A DNA stretch of 62,794 nt, counting the filler, from Basidiobolus ranarum (Eukaryota), in the NCBI GenBank assembly GCA_040143965.1. It is 35 parts of 35 records of this genome, joined end to end, with 100 filler letters (N's around TTAATTAATTAA, not from the genome) between each part and the next. Parts side by side here need not be neighbours in the genome. Positions count along the whole stretch, not along the records: positions 1 to 1,706 come from JASJQH010011392.1; positions 1,807 to 3,511 come from JASJQH010011393.1; positions 3,612 to 5,315 come from JASJQH010011394.1; positions 5,416 to 7,118 come from JASJQH010011395.1; positions 7,219 to 8,921 come from JASJQH010011396.1; positions 9,022 to 10,724 come from JASJQH010011397.1; 29 more parts are not named here. One strand, 5' to 3'. The translations under genes were made by a program, and so were the position numbers. This document shows, in pieces, positions 1-10,824 of this stretch. The notes under the pieces were generated by a model. It had not been told where the DNA came from. It ran no database searches and was given only the letters and a program-made list of their open reading frames with translations. Numbering within the stretch: the stretch's first letter is position 1; every line of letters starts with the position of its first letter.

Positions 1-467
1 TGGATGTTTACTCTCATAATGAAAGAACATTCACAATTAACTGCATACTACGAAATTCACTCTTGTAATGAAGCCAAATTGACTTCACACAGTGAGTTCT
101 GGAGATGGATGGAAGGATTCATGTGTATGATTACTAACCTGTTGCGATGGCGCTGCCGAAGAAAGAGGAGGAGATCAGTTTCAGGTGATAGAGGTATTTA
201 TTTAAAATTTCAGAAAATTTTATCATCAATTGACTTACCAAAGCCCCATTATTTAAGAGATTGGGCTATTTGGAAATAAATATCGAAATTATAAATCTTG
301 AATTTGAAAAGTCTTGTTAATACCTGTAATAATATAGCTTATGAAAGATAAGATTTTTTAATTCAATGTAAGTGTAAATTATGTGTTTGTTTCAATGAAA
401 TGAAATGGGCTTGACATGAAGATGGATGATGCAAATTGTCTTGCTAAAGTTCTATGAAAAATCCAAC

Positions 468-1303
468 CTAATTAGCTGGGATTTTACGATTTGCAACTGC
501 CTCAGCGGCTGCTTTAAGTGCAATATCTCTTTTACTACCAGTTTCAGTTTGACCTGCGATGAGTTTGGAGATGGATTTCATCTCCTCTGTATCCATTAAA
601 TTCGGATGTACATAGAATGTTGGTTTGGGAGGATTAGCGATATTGCTATATTGACTCAATTTATCTTTCTTAATTCCCCAGGAGGTAAAAGGTCGAGTGG
701 AGGGTTCAAGGTCACCAACCTTAACTTGACTGCTACGTATACCACCGAAGAACTTGTATGTGTATAGAGTAAGCTCAGTACTTGGAGTGATGACAGTCGC
801 GGAAGTTTTCAAGGGATTGGCATCACTAAGGACCTCTTGTATGATGTGTTCACCATTATGTTCTTCAGATACGGTAATTTTTGTGACATAAGGGCTCAAA
901 CACCAATGAACTAAACCGGTAGAAATAGTGCTAGTGGCAATAGCTGAATATCAATGTTAATATAATCTTTCTTAATGATACTCAGATGTTTTGAAAAATA
1001 CTAACCAGCACCGACAAGGATACTTCTCATTCCAAAAGATATCGGGGCATCAATTAAATAAACTGCTGGACATACAGCAAAAGTCAACGCCAATGAAGAT
1101 ACTGAGAAAACTTTGAGGTATTTGGCAGTGTTTGCGAGTGGTCCAACGTATAATTGTCGTTCGTTCTCTTCTTGACTATTTTTAGTAGAATAAAAATGAA
1201 TGCGGGATCCAAGGGACAAAGACTTCAAAGCAGATACTCTAATGGTACTATGGGGTGCAAGTACACGTAGTCCATTACGGCCAACAAGCTGATACACTGA
1301 CAT
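468..1303 (-). CDS. TMEM70/TMEM186-family mitochondrial membrane protein; 2 exons (1303-1006, 943-468), about 257 aa
   Basis: Basic presequence-like N-terminus and LYVGPLA..AKYLKVFSVSSL motif. A 62-nt intron (1005-944, GTTAGT..TTCAG) joins in frame to AIATSTISTGLVHWCLSPYVTKI..TYKFFG..TRPFTSW, which I recognise as typical of fungal TMEM70-like proteins. Confidence 0.8.
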
Positions 1304-1602
1304 ATTGAATAGAGGCGTATAGTAAGCTTACAGCATGTTTGATTTATAGTTCAGATTCTTCGAGTTACTTGGAAAAATTTTCCATCACGTGAACAGGATT
1401 CACACTAGCGAACTCACCAAGTGGTTTATACAAAGTATAAAATACTATATTCACAAACGTTCAAAATTAAGTTTGAAAAGATATTTATTACTAATGTCAT
1501 ATTGGTTAAACCGACATTCTATACATTCTCCAAGAACTAAGTCCTCCATGGAGCAATAATTGAAAAACTGGTACAAATTAACAAAGCCGCCTGAAGCAGA
1601 AT

Positions 1603-1706
1603 TTAATAGAAATAGCCCAAGATCTTGCCACCAGTGTGCTTTCTACGAGCTTCTTCGTGATCCATGATTCCAGCTGAGGTGGTGAACACAAGGTAACCGA
1701 ATTGAC
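1603..1706 (-). CDS. RPS22: 40S ribosomal protein uS8 (S22/S15A), 3' end only (contig-truncated; not in ORF track)
   Basis: Manual translation [33 protein letters not shown] is the conserved C-terminus of eukaryotic uS8. Confidence 0.97.
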
Positions 1707-1806
1707 NNNNNNNNNNNNNNNNNNNNNNNNNNNNNNNNNNNNNNNNNNNNTTAATTAATTAANNNNNNNNNNNNNNNNNNNNNNNNNNNNNNNNNNNNNN
1801 NNNNNN
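1707..1806. other. Artificial contig linker N44-TTAATTAATTAA-N44 (first of 34 identical linkers, about every 1.8 kb, last at 61006-61105)
   Basis: Identical 100-nt block with a six-frame stop cassette. Intervening contigs shrink steadily (1706, 1705, 1704, 1703 ... 1689 bp). Confidence 0.99.
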
Positions 1807-2839
1807 CTATTGATGAAACATCTCACAAATATACACAATTATTGACTTGGAAAAGAAAGAATAGCAGCTAAAGAAGTACTGAAGGAGCAGGAAGTTGGTG
1901 AACCCAAGGGAAAAGAAATGGAGCCAGTGAGTTTAGGCTCTACTATCCTACTTAGCAAATTCTTCACAACACTACAAAGGTGTACATCTCCAGAGTCAGA
2001 TATATTGGCAAAAAGGCTTAATTTCACCATGGAACCAGGTACACCAGTTGGAAGAGTGCTAAATTTGGAAGTTTATCCACCACCTGGTGCCTCTCAACAA
2101 GCCAAAACTCCAGCAAATAAAACTCATGGCTCTACAACCTCAACTGGTACTTTTCAAAGTGTTGAATATAGCCCCAAACTGAAAGGCAAGGAAGAAGTAC
2201 ACATACACCCCAAAGCACCCTCAGTAGTGTCACATTAGAAGGACATACAAAAATAGTCAAAGTGCTTGAGGAGTATTTTCAAAAGTCTGAGGGGAAAAAT
2301 GAAGTGCAAGTATGCAGAAAGTGGCTTCATGAGAAGAACATTCAACTTGGCATTCAGTCTGGTGTTGACTGTGCAGATATCTGGGAAGAACTTAATACAG
2401 AGTGGCACAATATTGCAGGGTATCTACCAGATAGCTGGAAGAATGTTGATTCAGCAAAGTTAATAAAGTGGTGGGCTTTGATGGAGATACTGATACAAAC
2501 TCATGTTGGGTATGAGCTAAACCTTGGGTATGAAGAACTCTATAAAAATATTCAGGGGAATATGTCAAAGAGACAAGGTGACAAATTAGGGTTCAAGTGT
2601 TAATTGTGTAAAATTTGAGTTACATTTTTTGCACATGTGTTGATCCATAGTTTGCTGAGATTGTAGCCAATCATATGTCACTATTTTGCAAGATCTTGAT
2701 GTTTCACTCCTGAAGCTGAAAAAATTGATTGAAATCAAACCTTACTTCACAATTTTATGACGGTAAGTAAATGGTCAATCCAAATGGATTAAAATTGCAA
2801 AGGTTTTCAACAATAACAATCCTCAAATTTCTGTTAGGA
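1807..2839 (+). mobile_element. CACTA-like element: distal part of accessory ORF2 region and terminus B (..TTTCTGTTAGG)
   Basis: 2560-2839 is homologous to the reverse complement of 14040-14328, which starts CCCTAACAGAAA. 2055-2185 recurs at 55508-55634, joined to upstream ORF2 sequence. Confidence 0.7.
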
Positions 2840-3511
2840 ATAACCAATTGCATTACATCCATCACTTATTTTACTGATTCATTGTTAATCAGATTAGCAT
2901 ACAATAAAACTGACAATTTCACATGGAGCATCATTTTGCCACAGGTGTTGTTCATTGGGAACTGCCAGAATGTATAGCAAGGGCCTATAATCTCCAAGCA
3001 TTATGAAAGAAGCAGCAGGGAATGTATTGAACACCAACATAGATTCAGTCTATCTTCTTTAAACCTGTAACAAAGCTTTTCATATCTAATTAAAAATCTT
3101 TGCATAGCTGCTGTATCTGCCTGAGATGTGCCAATGTGAGTTTATGCTGTAAGTATAAATTAACAATATCCACAAACAACTCCCAATGTTGCCAATACTT
3201 AGCAGGCAGAAATCTTTTCAAAATTCCACTTGAATGTATAAAAATTCAATACCTCAAACCTTTGCATTTGAATAAATGCCTAGATGAATGGATATTGATG
3301 AGAAACCTGGTAAAATATGATAGTATCTTGTATTTTTCAAGCATTTTCCCAATCAATTCAAACTTTGATCCTATCTCAAATTGCTCAATCATACTGAATT
3401 TCCCACTATACAGCTGAGTAAGTCATGTTGGAATGTTGTTGAATAGTAAGTGCATAGTGCCTAATGGGAAGCTCTGGCTCCAGCTGATCCACTTTAGCAA
3501 TATAATCTTAG
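2840..3511 (-). mobile_element. CACTA/EnSpm transposase fragment, degenerate
   Basis: Homologous to 48568-48974 and 53944-54720 (WQHWELFV..YEKLYY..IHSLLHL..GPCYTFWEFPMER region). Confidence 0.85.
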
Positions 3512-3611
3512 NNNNNNNNNNNNNNNNNNNNNNNNNNNNNNNNNNNNNNNNNNNNTTAATTAATTAANNNNNNNNNNNNNNNNNNNNNNNNNNNNNNNNN
3601 NNNNNNNNNNN

Positions 3612-5224
3612 AAATTTCTGGCTTTCATTTGAATCCATGAAGGTCTGATTTGAGCCATTTTTGGTCAAGTTAAGATTTGTCTCCATTGGGTAGATACTGG
3701 ATTGCATTCTTCCATTTTAAACCTCCTTAGTATATCTAGGTTATACTTAGACTGGCTTAAAGTTATTTTATTGGTAGTTCTATCTATCTTAATTTGAATT
3801 CCAAGACAGGACATCAGTTCACCAAGATCAGTCATTTTGAATTTGGCAGACAAGCTGGATTTGGTGTTCTCCAAAGTCTTCAACTCATTGGTAGCTATAA
3901 TAAGATCATCTACATATAAGGCTAATAAAACTGGGTTTGTCTTTTCTGGCCTGAAGTAGATACAATAGTCAGCATTACTCTTTTGGAATTTGAGTGTTTC
4001 CAAAAAAGCAGCTATCTTGCTATTCCAAGCTCTTGGAGATTGTTTGCAGCCATAGAGTGTTTTCCGGAGTTTGCAAACTTTTTTAGGGTATTCTGGGTCT
4101 ACAAATCCATCTGGCTGGTCCATATAGATCTCCTCAGCAAGTTCACCATTCAAAAAGGCAGTTTTAAGATTCATTTGAGGTAAAATAAACTGATACTTGT
4201 CTGAAATTGCTAAAATCAATCTAATTGAATTAGACTTGGCTTCAAGAGCAAAAGTTTCTGTATAATCTATTCCTGGTGTTTGGGAATAGTCTTTGGCTAC
4301 TAGTCTAGCCTTGTACATCCCTATATTGCCATCAGAGTTGTATTGAACTTTAAACACCCATTGACAGCCAATTGATTTTCTCTCATCAGGTAAGTCGGTT
4401 AAAATCCAAGTTTGATTATCAATGAAAGCTTGGTACTCATCAGCCATTGCAGATCTCCAAAATTTTGTGAAAGGGCCATTCAGGGCCTCTTTTACAGTCT
4501 GGGGTTCATATATTTGAGCTGTGCAGGCATAGGCCCAATTTTGGGACTCATTGATATAGTAATCAGGGCTATTTCTGATCTGATTTGATCTCCTGGTTTG
4601 GGATAAAGGTACTATAACTTCTGGCATTGTATTGGGCACTTCAATAGGCAAAATTTTGGTTGAAGGGTCCACAGGAATGCTATTTTCTTCATTGTTTTGG
4701 TTTGAATCAATTTGAATGATTGGATCAGGAGAAAATTGATTTTGTCATCATCTGAGGTCATTTTGGGTGAAAATATTTCATTTTCATTAAACAAAATATC
4801 CCTGGACTTGATTAACTTGGAAATTTCGGTATCATAGAGTCTGTAGGCCTTAGTTTGAGTACAATAACCCAGAAATATGCATTTCTTACTTTTTGGATCA
4901 AATTTAGACCAATTTTTGGTCATAATTTTGACATAAGCAATGCATCCAAAGATCCTCAAATGTTTTACATCAGGTTTAACTCCAAACCAAGCTTGATATG
5001 GTGTAGAGTTAGACAGACTTCTAGTAAAACTCCTATTCTTCAGATATACAGCTGTAGCAACAGATTCCGCCCAAAAGTTATGAGATAAATTTTGTGCATT
5101 TATCATAGATCTTGCCATTTCTATTATAGTCCTGTTAGCTCTTTCAGCAACTCCATTTTGTTGAGGTGAATAGGGAGCAGTAGTTTCTTGCTTAATTCCA
5201 TGAACTTTGCAAAAGTGCATAAAT
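3612..5224 (-). mobile_element. Ty1/Copia family A pol: integrase then reverse transcriptase, frameshifted
   Basis: PQQNGVAERANRT and SKFDPKSKKCIFLGY (integrase), then YKARLVAK, TAFLNG, YVDDLII (RT). INT-before-RT order is Copia. Confidence 0.96.
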
Positions 5225-5315
5225 TGTCACAATAAGGAACCGGACAAGGACTGGGAACAACTACAAGAGGCTAGAAGGCAGGAGAGTACTTGGGTGTAGA
5301 CCACAAGACAAGACA
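5225..5315. mobile_element. Probable LTR end (TGTCAC..) inserted into the Copia integrase
   Basis: Integrase homology stops abruptly at 5224 and the new sequence starts TGTCAC, a common Gypsy LTR start. Confidence 0.5.
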
Positions 5316-6309
5316 NNNNNNNNNNNNNNNNNNNNNNNNNNNNNNNNNNNNNNNNNNNNTTAATTAATTAANNNNNNNNNNNNNNNNNNNNNNNNNNNNN
5401 NNNNNNNNNNNNNNNCCTTCCAGCAAAAACATACTTAATAAAGCAACAAATGATTTCTTCATATTTTCCTAAACACTGGAGATTCATTAGTTGCAATATT
5501 TACAACACAAGCTTATATGATAGGAAACTACTCTAAAAAATTTTGTCGCTGAACCTGATCATACAGAGCAATAATTACAATGATCAAAATTTTAACCCGC
5601 AGTGCAAAATAATGGTAACCCTTTCAGGGATGGTGATTTGAATACTAAGATATTAGATGAAAACTGGGGAATCGGATTTATGCTATGGCGAATCTATCAT
5701 CATCGATCTACACTGTAGATTAACTGTGACTATATGATTTGCACACCCTTGGAATGTGTTTAGAAATATAATAACCGCTTATACCAGGTATATTAGTATG
5801 TTGGAGATTCCATTACAACAAGCAAGAGAACTAGAACCAGTAATCGGACACACTGTTCGTGCTCGGTATGAAGATTGGTGCTTAAAATGATGTGTACCTT
5901 GAGTGGTTGGGGTATCGACAGTCAATACATCATTCCCCATGCCTGGTTCAATTCCTATATCTGTTTGTTCAACCATAGTGTCACTTATTCTTTATCCCAT
6001 CACCACTCAAACAGTTATACACTACTAGGTTACATAAACCAAAGTGTCACCTAAACTGCGCCAACCTCTCCAAACATCGTGCACAGGAATCATGAGCAAA
6101 TACGATTAAGCCAGACGGTTGTTCAGATATCTACAGCACTGTGAGAATCACTGAAGCAATAGTCTGTACATTGGAGTATTGTATTCTAGTGAAGTACATA
6201 AACCAGAAGTTCCGGTTATTCATAAGCGGCCTATCGTAATGTATATCTCAACATTGAAGTGGATAAAAGAGAGACACTTGGAGCTTAAACTTTTGTAAAG
6301 TATTCGGAA

Positions 6310-7118
6310 ATGCATTCTCTTGTTATTATCGGTTGGGTTGCTCTTCAAGCTTTAGTGTCTTCAGTTACTGCACAGGATGCTGGTGAAGGATTCATCTTTA
6401 AATGCGATCAGCCAGGTGCTTTCGCTTTGACCTTCGATGACGGTAAGTAGTGGTCCATACATGCATGTTCATTCATTCTCAAACTTACACTATAACAAGG
6501 TCCTGGTCTCTATACTACCTCTCTGTTGAAGATTCTTCAGGAAAAGCAAATAAAATCCACCTTCTTCCTCATCGGTAAGCAAGCAGCAGAACCAGCTTTT
6601 AGCAAACATCTAAAGCAAATCCTCGATGAGGGTCATCAAATTGGTTCTCATACTTATTCCCATCCTTCATTGAATAAAATCTCTCCCGAGATGATCAAGG
6701 AGGAGATGCTGAAAACGGAGAATGCTATTGAGGCAGCTTCTGGAGTAGTTCCCGCCATGATGCGTCCTCCCTACGGAGACTGTAATGAACAATGCAGAGT
6801 AGTGATGAAAGAGCTAGGATATCTGGTTATCCAGTGGAACATTGACTCTCAAGATTGGACCTTCATGGAACAGCCAAGTAAATTTGATACCCTCAAAGCT
6901 AATCTACTGAACGCTGCTACCAATGGTAATCCTAAGGTGGACAACTTTGTTTCCCTTCAACACGAGATTCTCAACTTTAGCGTTGAAAGAACTCCAGAGA
7001 TTATTGATGGAATCAAGGCTAAGGGTTACCATTTTGTCACTGTGAATGATTGCCTTGGCAATCGTTTCCCCATGTACAAGAACCGAAGCAACCCACCCTC
7101 CGAAAATGTTACCATTCC
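6310..7118 (+). CDS. Secreted carbohydrate esterase family 4 (chitin/polysaccharide deacetylase); exons 6310-6442 and 6500->7118, 3'-truncated
   Basis: Signal peptide MHSLVIIGWVALQALVSSVTA. A 57-nt intron (6443-6499, GTAAGT..AAG) restores TFDDGP. Motifs HTYSHP, RPPYG, DSQDW, LQHE. Confidence 0.95.
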
Positions 7119-7218
7119 NNNNNNNNNNNNNNNNNNNNNNNNNNNNNNNNNNNNNNNNNNNNTTAATTAATTAANNNNNNNNNNNNNNNNNNNNNNNNNN
7201 NNNNNNNNNNNNNNNNNN

Positions 7219-8921
7219 GTTCATACTTTTAGCAAGCATAATTCAGAGAGTCATGACGCTAAACCAACCGAGAAGCCTCACAGTAGTGAGTCTCAAAGTG
7301 AGCACAAGTCAAAGAGCAGTGAACATAATGAAAGTTCTGTTCATACTTCTAGCAAGCATAGCTCTGAAAGCCACGCCGTCAAACCAACCGAGAAGCCTCA
7401 CAGTAGTGAGTCTCAAAGTGAGCACAAGTCAAAGAGCATTGAACATCATGAAAGTTCTGTTCATACTTCTAGCAAGCACAACTCTGACAGCCATGAGGAG
7501 AAACCAACCGAGAAGCCTCACCCTAGTGGGTCTCGAAGTGGACATGCATCAAAGAAATACAAACATGCTGAAAGCTCTGTTCCTTCTTGGTACCATTCCC
7601 ACATCGAAAGCCATGACGCGAAACCAACCGAGAAACCTCATCGTAGTGAATCTCAAAGTGAACACGAATCGAAGCGCAGTCAAGATGCTGAAAATTCGGC
7701 ACATTCTTCCATCAATCATTCATCAACAGAGAAGCAAATTTATTCCACCAACTCTGTCGCCACTCCTTCCGAATCTCCTAAAGTTATTACCCCTGGATCC
7801 CACTGCACGAAATCGTTTTGCTCAGAAAATTTGCAAAACATTTATGTATGTTACGAGAAAAAGATATTGAGAATTGAGGAATGTTACGCTGGCCAATATT
7901 GCGACGACACTTTCAATCCTCCCATTTGTATGCAAGGCACACCTCCTGTCTCTTCTACCAAATCATTAAATCGTCACGCAACAACAACTGAGAAACCTCA
8001 CTCTAGTGAATCTCAAAGTGTATACGAGTCAAAGAGGAGCGAACATGCCGAAAGTTCTTTTTATCCTTCTAGCAAGCATAACTCAGAGAGTCATGACGCG
8101 AAACCAACCAAGAAGCCTCACAGTAGTGAGTCTCAAAGTGCGCACAAGTCTAAGAGCAGTAAACACAATGAAAGTTATGTTCATACTTCTGTTAAGCATA
8201 GCTCTGAAAGCCATGAGAAGAAACCAACCGAGAAGGCTCACAGTAGTGAGTCTCAAAGTGCACACAAGTCAAAGAGCAGTGAACACAATGAAAGTTCTGT
8301 TCATACTTCTAGCAAGCATAACTCTGAAAGCCACGCCATCAAGCCAACTGAGAAGCCTCACTCTAGTGAAACTCAAAGTGAATACGAGTCAAAGAGGAGC
8401 GAACATGCCGCAAGTTCTGTTCGTCCTTCTAGCAAGCATAATTCAGAGAACCATGACGCGAAACCAACCGAGAAGCCTCACAGTAGTGAGTCTCAAAGTG
8501 CGCACAAGTCAAAGAGCAGTGAACATAATGAAAGTTCTGTTCATACTTCTAGCAAGCACAACTCTGAAAGCCAAGCCATCAAACCTACTGAGAAGCCTCA
8601 CAGTAGTGAGTCTCAAAGTGAGCACAAGTCAAAGAGCAGTGAACATAACGAAAGTTCTGTTCATACTTCTAGCAAGCATAACTCTGAAAGCCACGCTGTC
8701 AAACCAACCGATAAGCCTCACAGTAGTGAGTCTCAAAGTGAGCACAAGTCAAAGAGCAGTGAACATAATGAAAGTTCTGTTCATACTTCTAGCAAGCATA
8801 ACTCTGAAAGCCATGCCGTCAAACCAACCGAGAAGCCTCACAGTAGTGAATCTCAAAGTGCGCGCAAGTCAAAGAGCATTGAACATTATGGAAGTTCTGT
8901 TCATACTTCTAGCAAGCATAA
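7219..8921 (+). CDS. Internal fragment of a Ser/His/Glu/Lys-rich 40-aa tandem-repeat protein with a central 6-Cys module
   Basis: The frame starting at 7219 is open across the whole contig. Unit KPTEKPHSSESQSEHKSKSSEHNESSVHTSSKHNSESHAV. Cys module CTKSFC..VC..EC..YC..IC at 7804-7929. Confidence 0.85.
7219..8921 (+). repeat. 120-bp coding tandem repeat, about 12 units in two blocks
   Basis: AAACCAACCGAGAAGCCTCA-type unit starts at 7261, 7381, 7501, 7621, then 7981, 8101, 8221, 8341, 8461, 8581, 8701, 8821. Confidence 0.97.
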
Positions 8922-9021
8922 NNNNNNNNNNNNNNNNNNNNNNNNNNNNNNNNNNNNNNNNNNNNTTAATTAATTAANNNNNNNNNNNNNNNNNNNNNNN
9001 NNNNNNNNNNNNNNNNNNNNN

Positions 9022-9084
9022 CACAAAGCTATTCACAACTCCACTTTTCTAAAGTTCCTCCAAACAGCCCATATTTTCCCAATA
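9022..9084 (+). mobile_element. Copia LTR-C, 3' fragment
   Basis: CACAACTCCACTTTTCTAAAGTTCCTCCAAACAGCCCATATTTTCCCAAT is shared with 28821-28905 and the reverse complement of 20814-20880. Confidence 0.8.
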
Positions 9085-10116
9085 TATACCTGATGCAATG
9101 TATCAATAGCAACCTGATGCTCTGTATTTTTGATCATATTGCTACCACACTAGTTGTTCAGAAATAATCAGATGCTGCTACACCCAATTTAAATCAGCAC
9201 TCTTATGTATCACACCTTTTTAGATGACAATCTATACTCCAATAAGAATTTTTTTCTGTCACTAGTGTTCTCTTTTCCTTACACCTGTACTTGTCTAAGC
9301 TCCAGGTCTCTTAAAGGTGGATGATAATGTCCCTAATTAGGGCAAGTAGGTGGTATATGAACTTCTCTGCAAACATGTAAAGCAGAAAAGCCTACATATG
9401 TTGCAATCAATTCTCAGTTATACAATTGTAAGGTTTTTCTTGATTCTAAAAGTCATTTTTGATTTCCTGTCATTTCAGTTTTCTGCAAAATAATTGATTG
9501 ATATAAACTACTTGGTATCCTGCTAGTGATTATCTTTACCTATAAACACTATATTTATCTTATACAAGCTTAGTATGGAAGTGATTCTATCTGTCCAAAT
9601 ATATCAGGAGATTGTTATTTCAATTGTTACTATTTGGAGTTTAAGACTTAAGCTAAATAAAATTGACACCAGCTGGCCCTGTTCATTCCCCCAACACTAA
9701 GTTTTGATAAGAAGCGTAATGTTATAATAATATTTATCAATCAACCTTGCTGCCTAGCAAACCACTACTCTACTATAAAATAGCAAATTTCTACTACTCT
9801 GAGGACCCATGTTAACTCGGATTTGCTCTGCTAATGTCTCCTGCTAGAACAAATCTAAGATTGTTCGCATAATTGTTACTTTAGTAAAAATAACTGGGCT
9901 TCTTCAACTATTCAATATTATGTCTTACAATTAAACCCATCATTGATCACGATGGTTTCTGTTCAAGGATTTTCATGGCGAGCATCAATGTGCTAAGTTA
10001 AGGAATCCTCCCTTTCAGGAAATAAATGTGATGTTCTAAGATCATTTACAGAATAAACTTTAATACTTATTCAATTCAGAAACGAATATACTGAACAGCT
10101 TGGAATTCTAAATAAT

Positions 10117-10724
10117 TTAGTCGTGTTGACGACCAGAACGAGAATGGCTCTGTTGATCATTTCTGCGGGAGATACCTCTTTCATATTCGTTATCATATTC
10201 ATCTTGCTCGTATTGACGACCGTAACGAGAGCGAGACCAGTTTTGTTGACCATTTGTGTGGGATATACCGCGTTCGTATTCGTTATCATATTCATCTTGT
10301 TCGTATTGACGACCATAACGGGATCGAGGATAGTTCTGTTGACCATTTCTACGAGAGATACCACGCTCATATTCATTATCATACTCGTCTTGTTCGTTTT
10401 GACGACCATATTGAGAGCGAGGATAGTTCTGCTGACCATTTCTGCCAGAGACACCACGTTCGTACCCGTTATCGTATTCATCTTGCTCGTATTGGCGGCC
10501 TTAATGAGAACGAGAATAGTTCTGTTGACCATTTCTACGAGAGATGCCACGCTCATATTCATTATCATACTCGTCTTGTTCGTATTGACGACCATAACTG
10601 GAACGAGGATAGTTCTGCTGATCATTACTGCCAGAGACACCGCGTTCATATTCGTTATTGTATTGACGACCGTAACGAGAGCGAGGATAGTTCTGTTGAC
10701 CATTTCTACGAGAGATACCACGCT
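10117..10724 (-). CDS. C-terminal part of an Arg/Tyr/Gln/acidic 31-aa repeat protein; one in-frame TAA at 10503-10501 (frame absent from ORF track)
   Basis: The frame from 10722 reads RGISRRNGQQNYPRSRYGRQYEQDEYDNEYE repeats ending ..GRQHD* at 10119-10117. Differences between units are mostly synonymous third positions in this frame. Confidence 0.8.
10130..10724 (-). repeat. 93-bp tandem repeat, about 6.5 units, partly alternating (186-bp higher order)
   Basis: TTCTGTTGACCATTTCTACGAGAGAT at 10334 and 10520 (186 apart), with a variant unit between them. Confidence 0.95.
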
Positions 10725-10824
10725 NNNNNNNNNNNNNNNNNNNNNNNNNNNNNNNNNNNNNNNNNNNNTTAATTAATTAANNNNNNNNNNNNNNNNNNNN
10801 NNNNNNNNNNNNNNNNNNNNNNNN

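Noticed and set aside
4-279. 91-aa ORF at the window start
   Set aside because: No recognisable motif; it may be a gene 3' end convergent with the TMEM70-like gene, but I cannot support it.
1751-1762. Regularly spaced TTAATTAATTAA as a biological repeat or CRISPR-like array
   Set aside because: Always centred in N44 padding; it is a six-frame stop linker added during concatenation.
7253-8977. Hydrophobic/basic ORFs 7253-7870 and 8006-8977
   Set aside because: Alternative-frame shadows of the 120-bp repeat that break at the Cys module, whereas the S/H-rich frame stays open.
10501-10503. TAA reassigned to Tyr (variant genetic code)
   Set aside because: RPS22 and the permease in this window end normally at TAA; a single case is insufficient.
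6310-10724. Deacetylase plus two repeat proteins as a gene cluster
   Set aside because: They sit on three separate contigs that are adjacent only because each is 1703 bp.
10071-10776. Listed ORFs 10071-10721(-), 10123-10776(+) and 10254-10772(+) as membrane or His-rich proteins
   Set aside because: Shadow frames of a 93-bp repeat; the synonymous-change pattern favours the unlisted minus frame.
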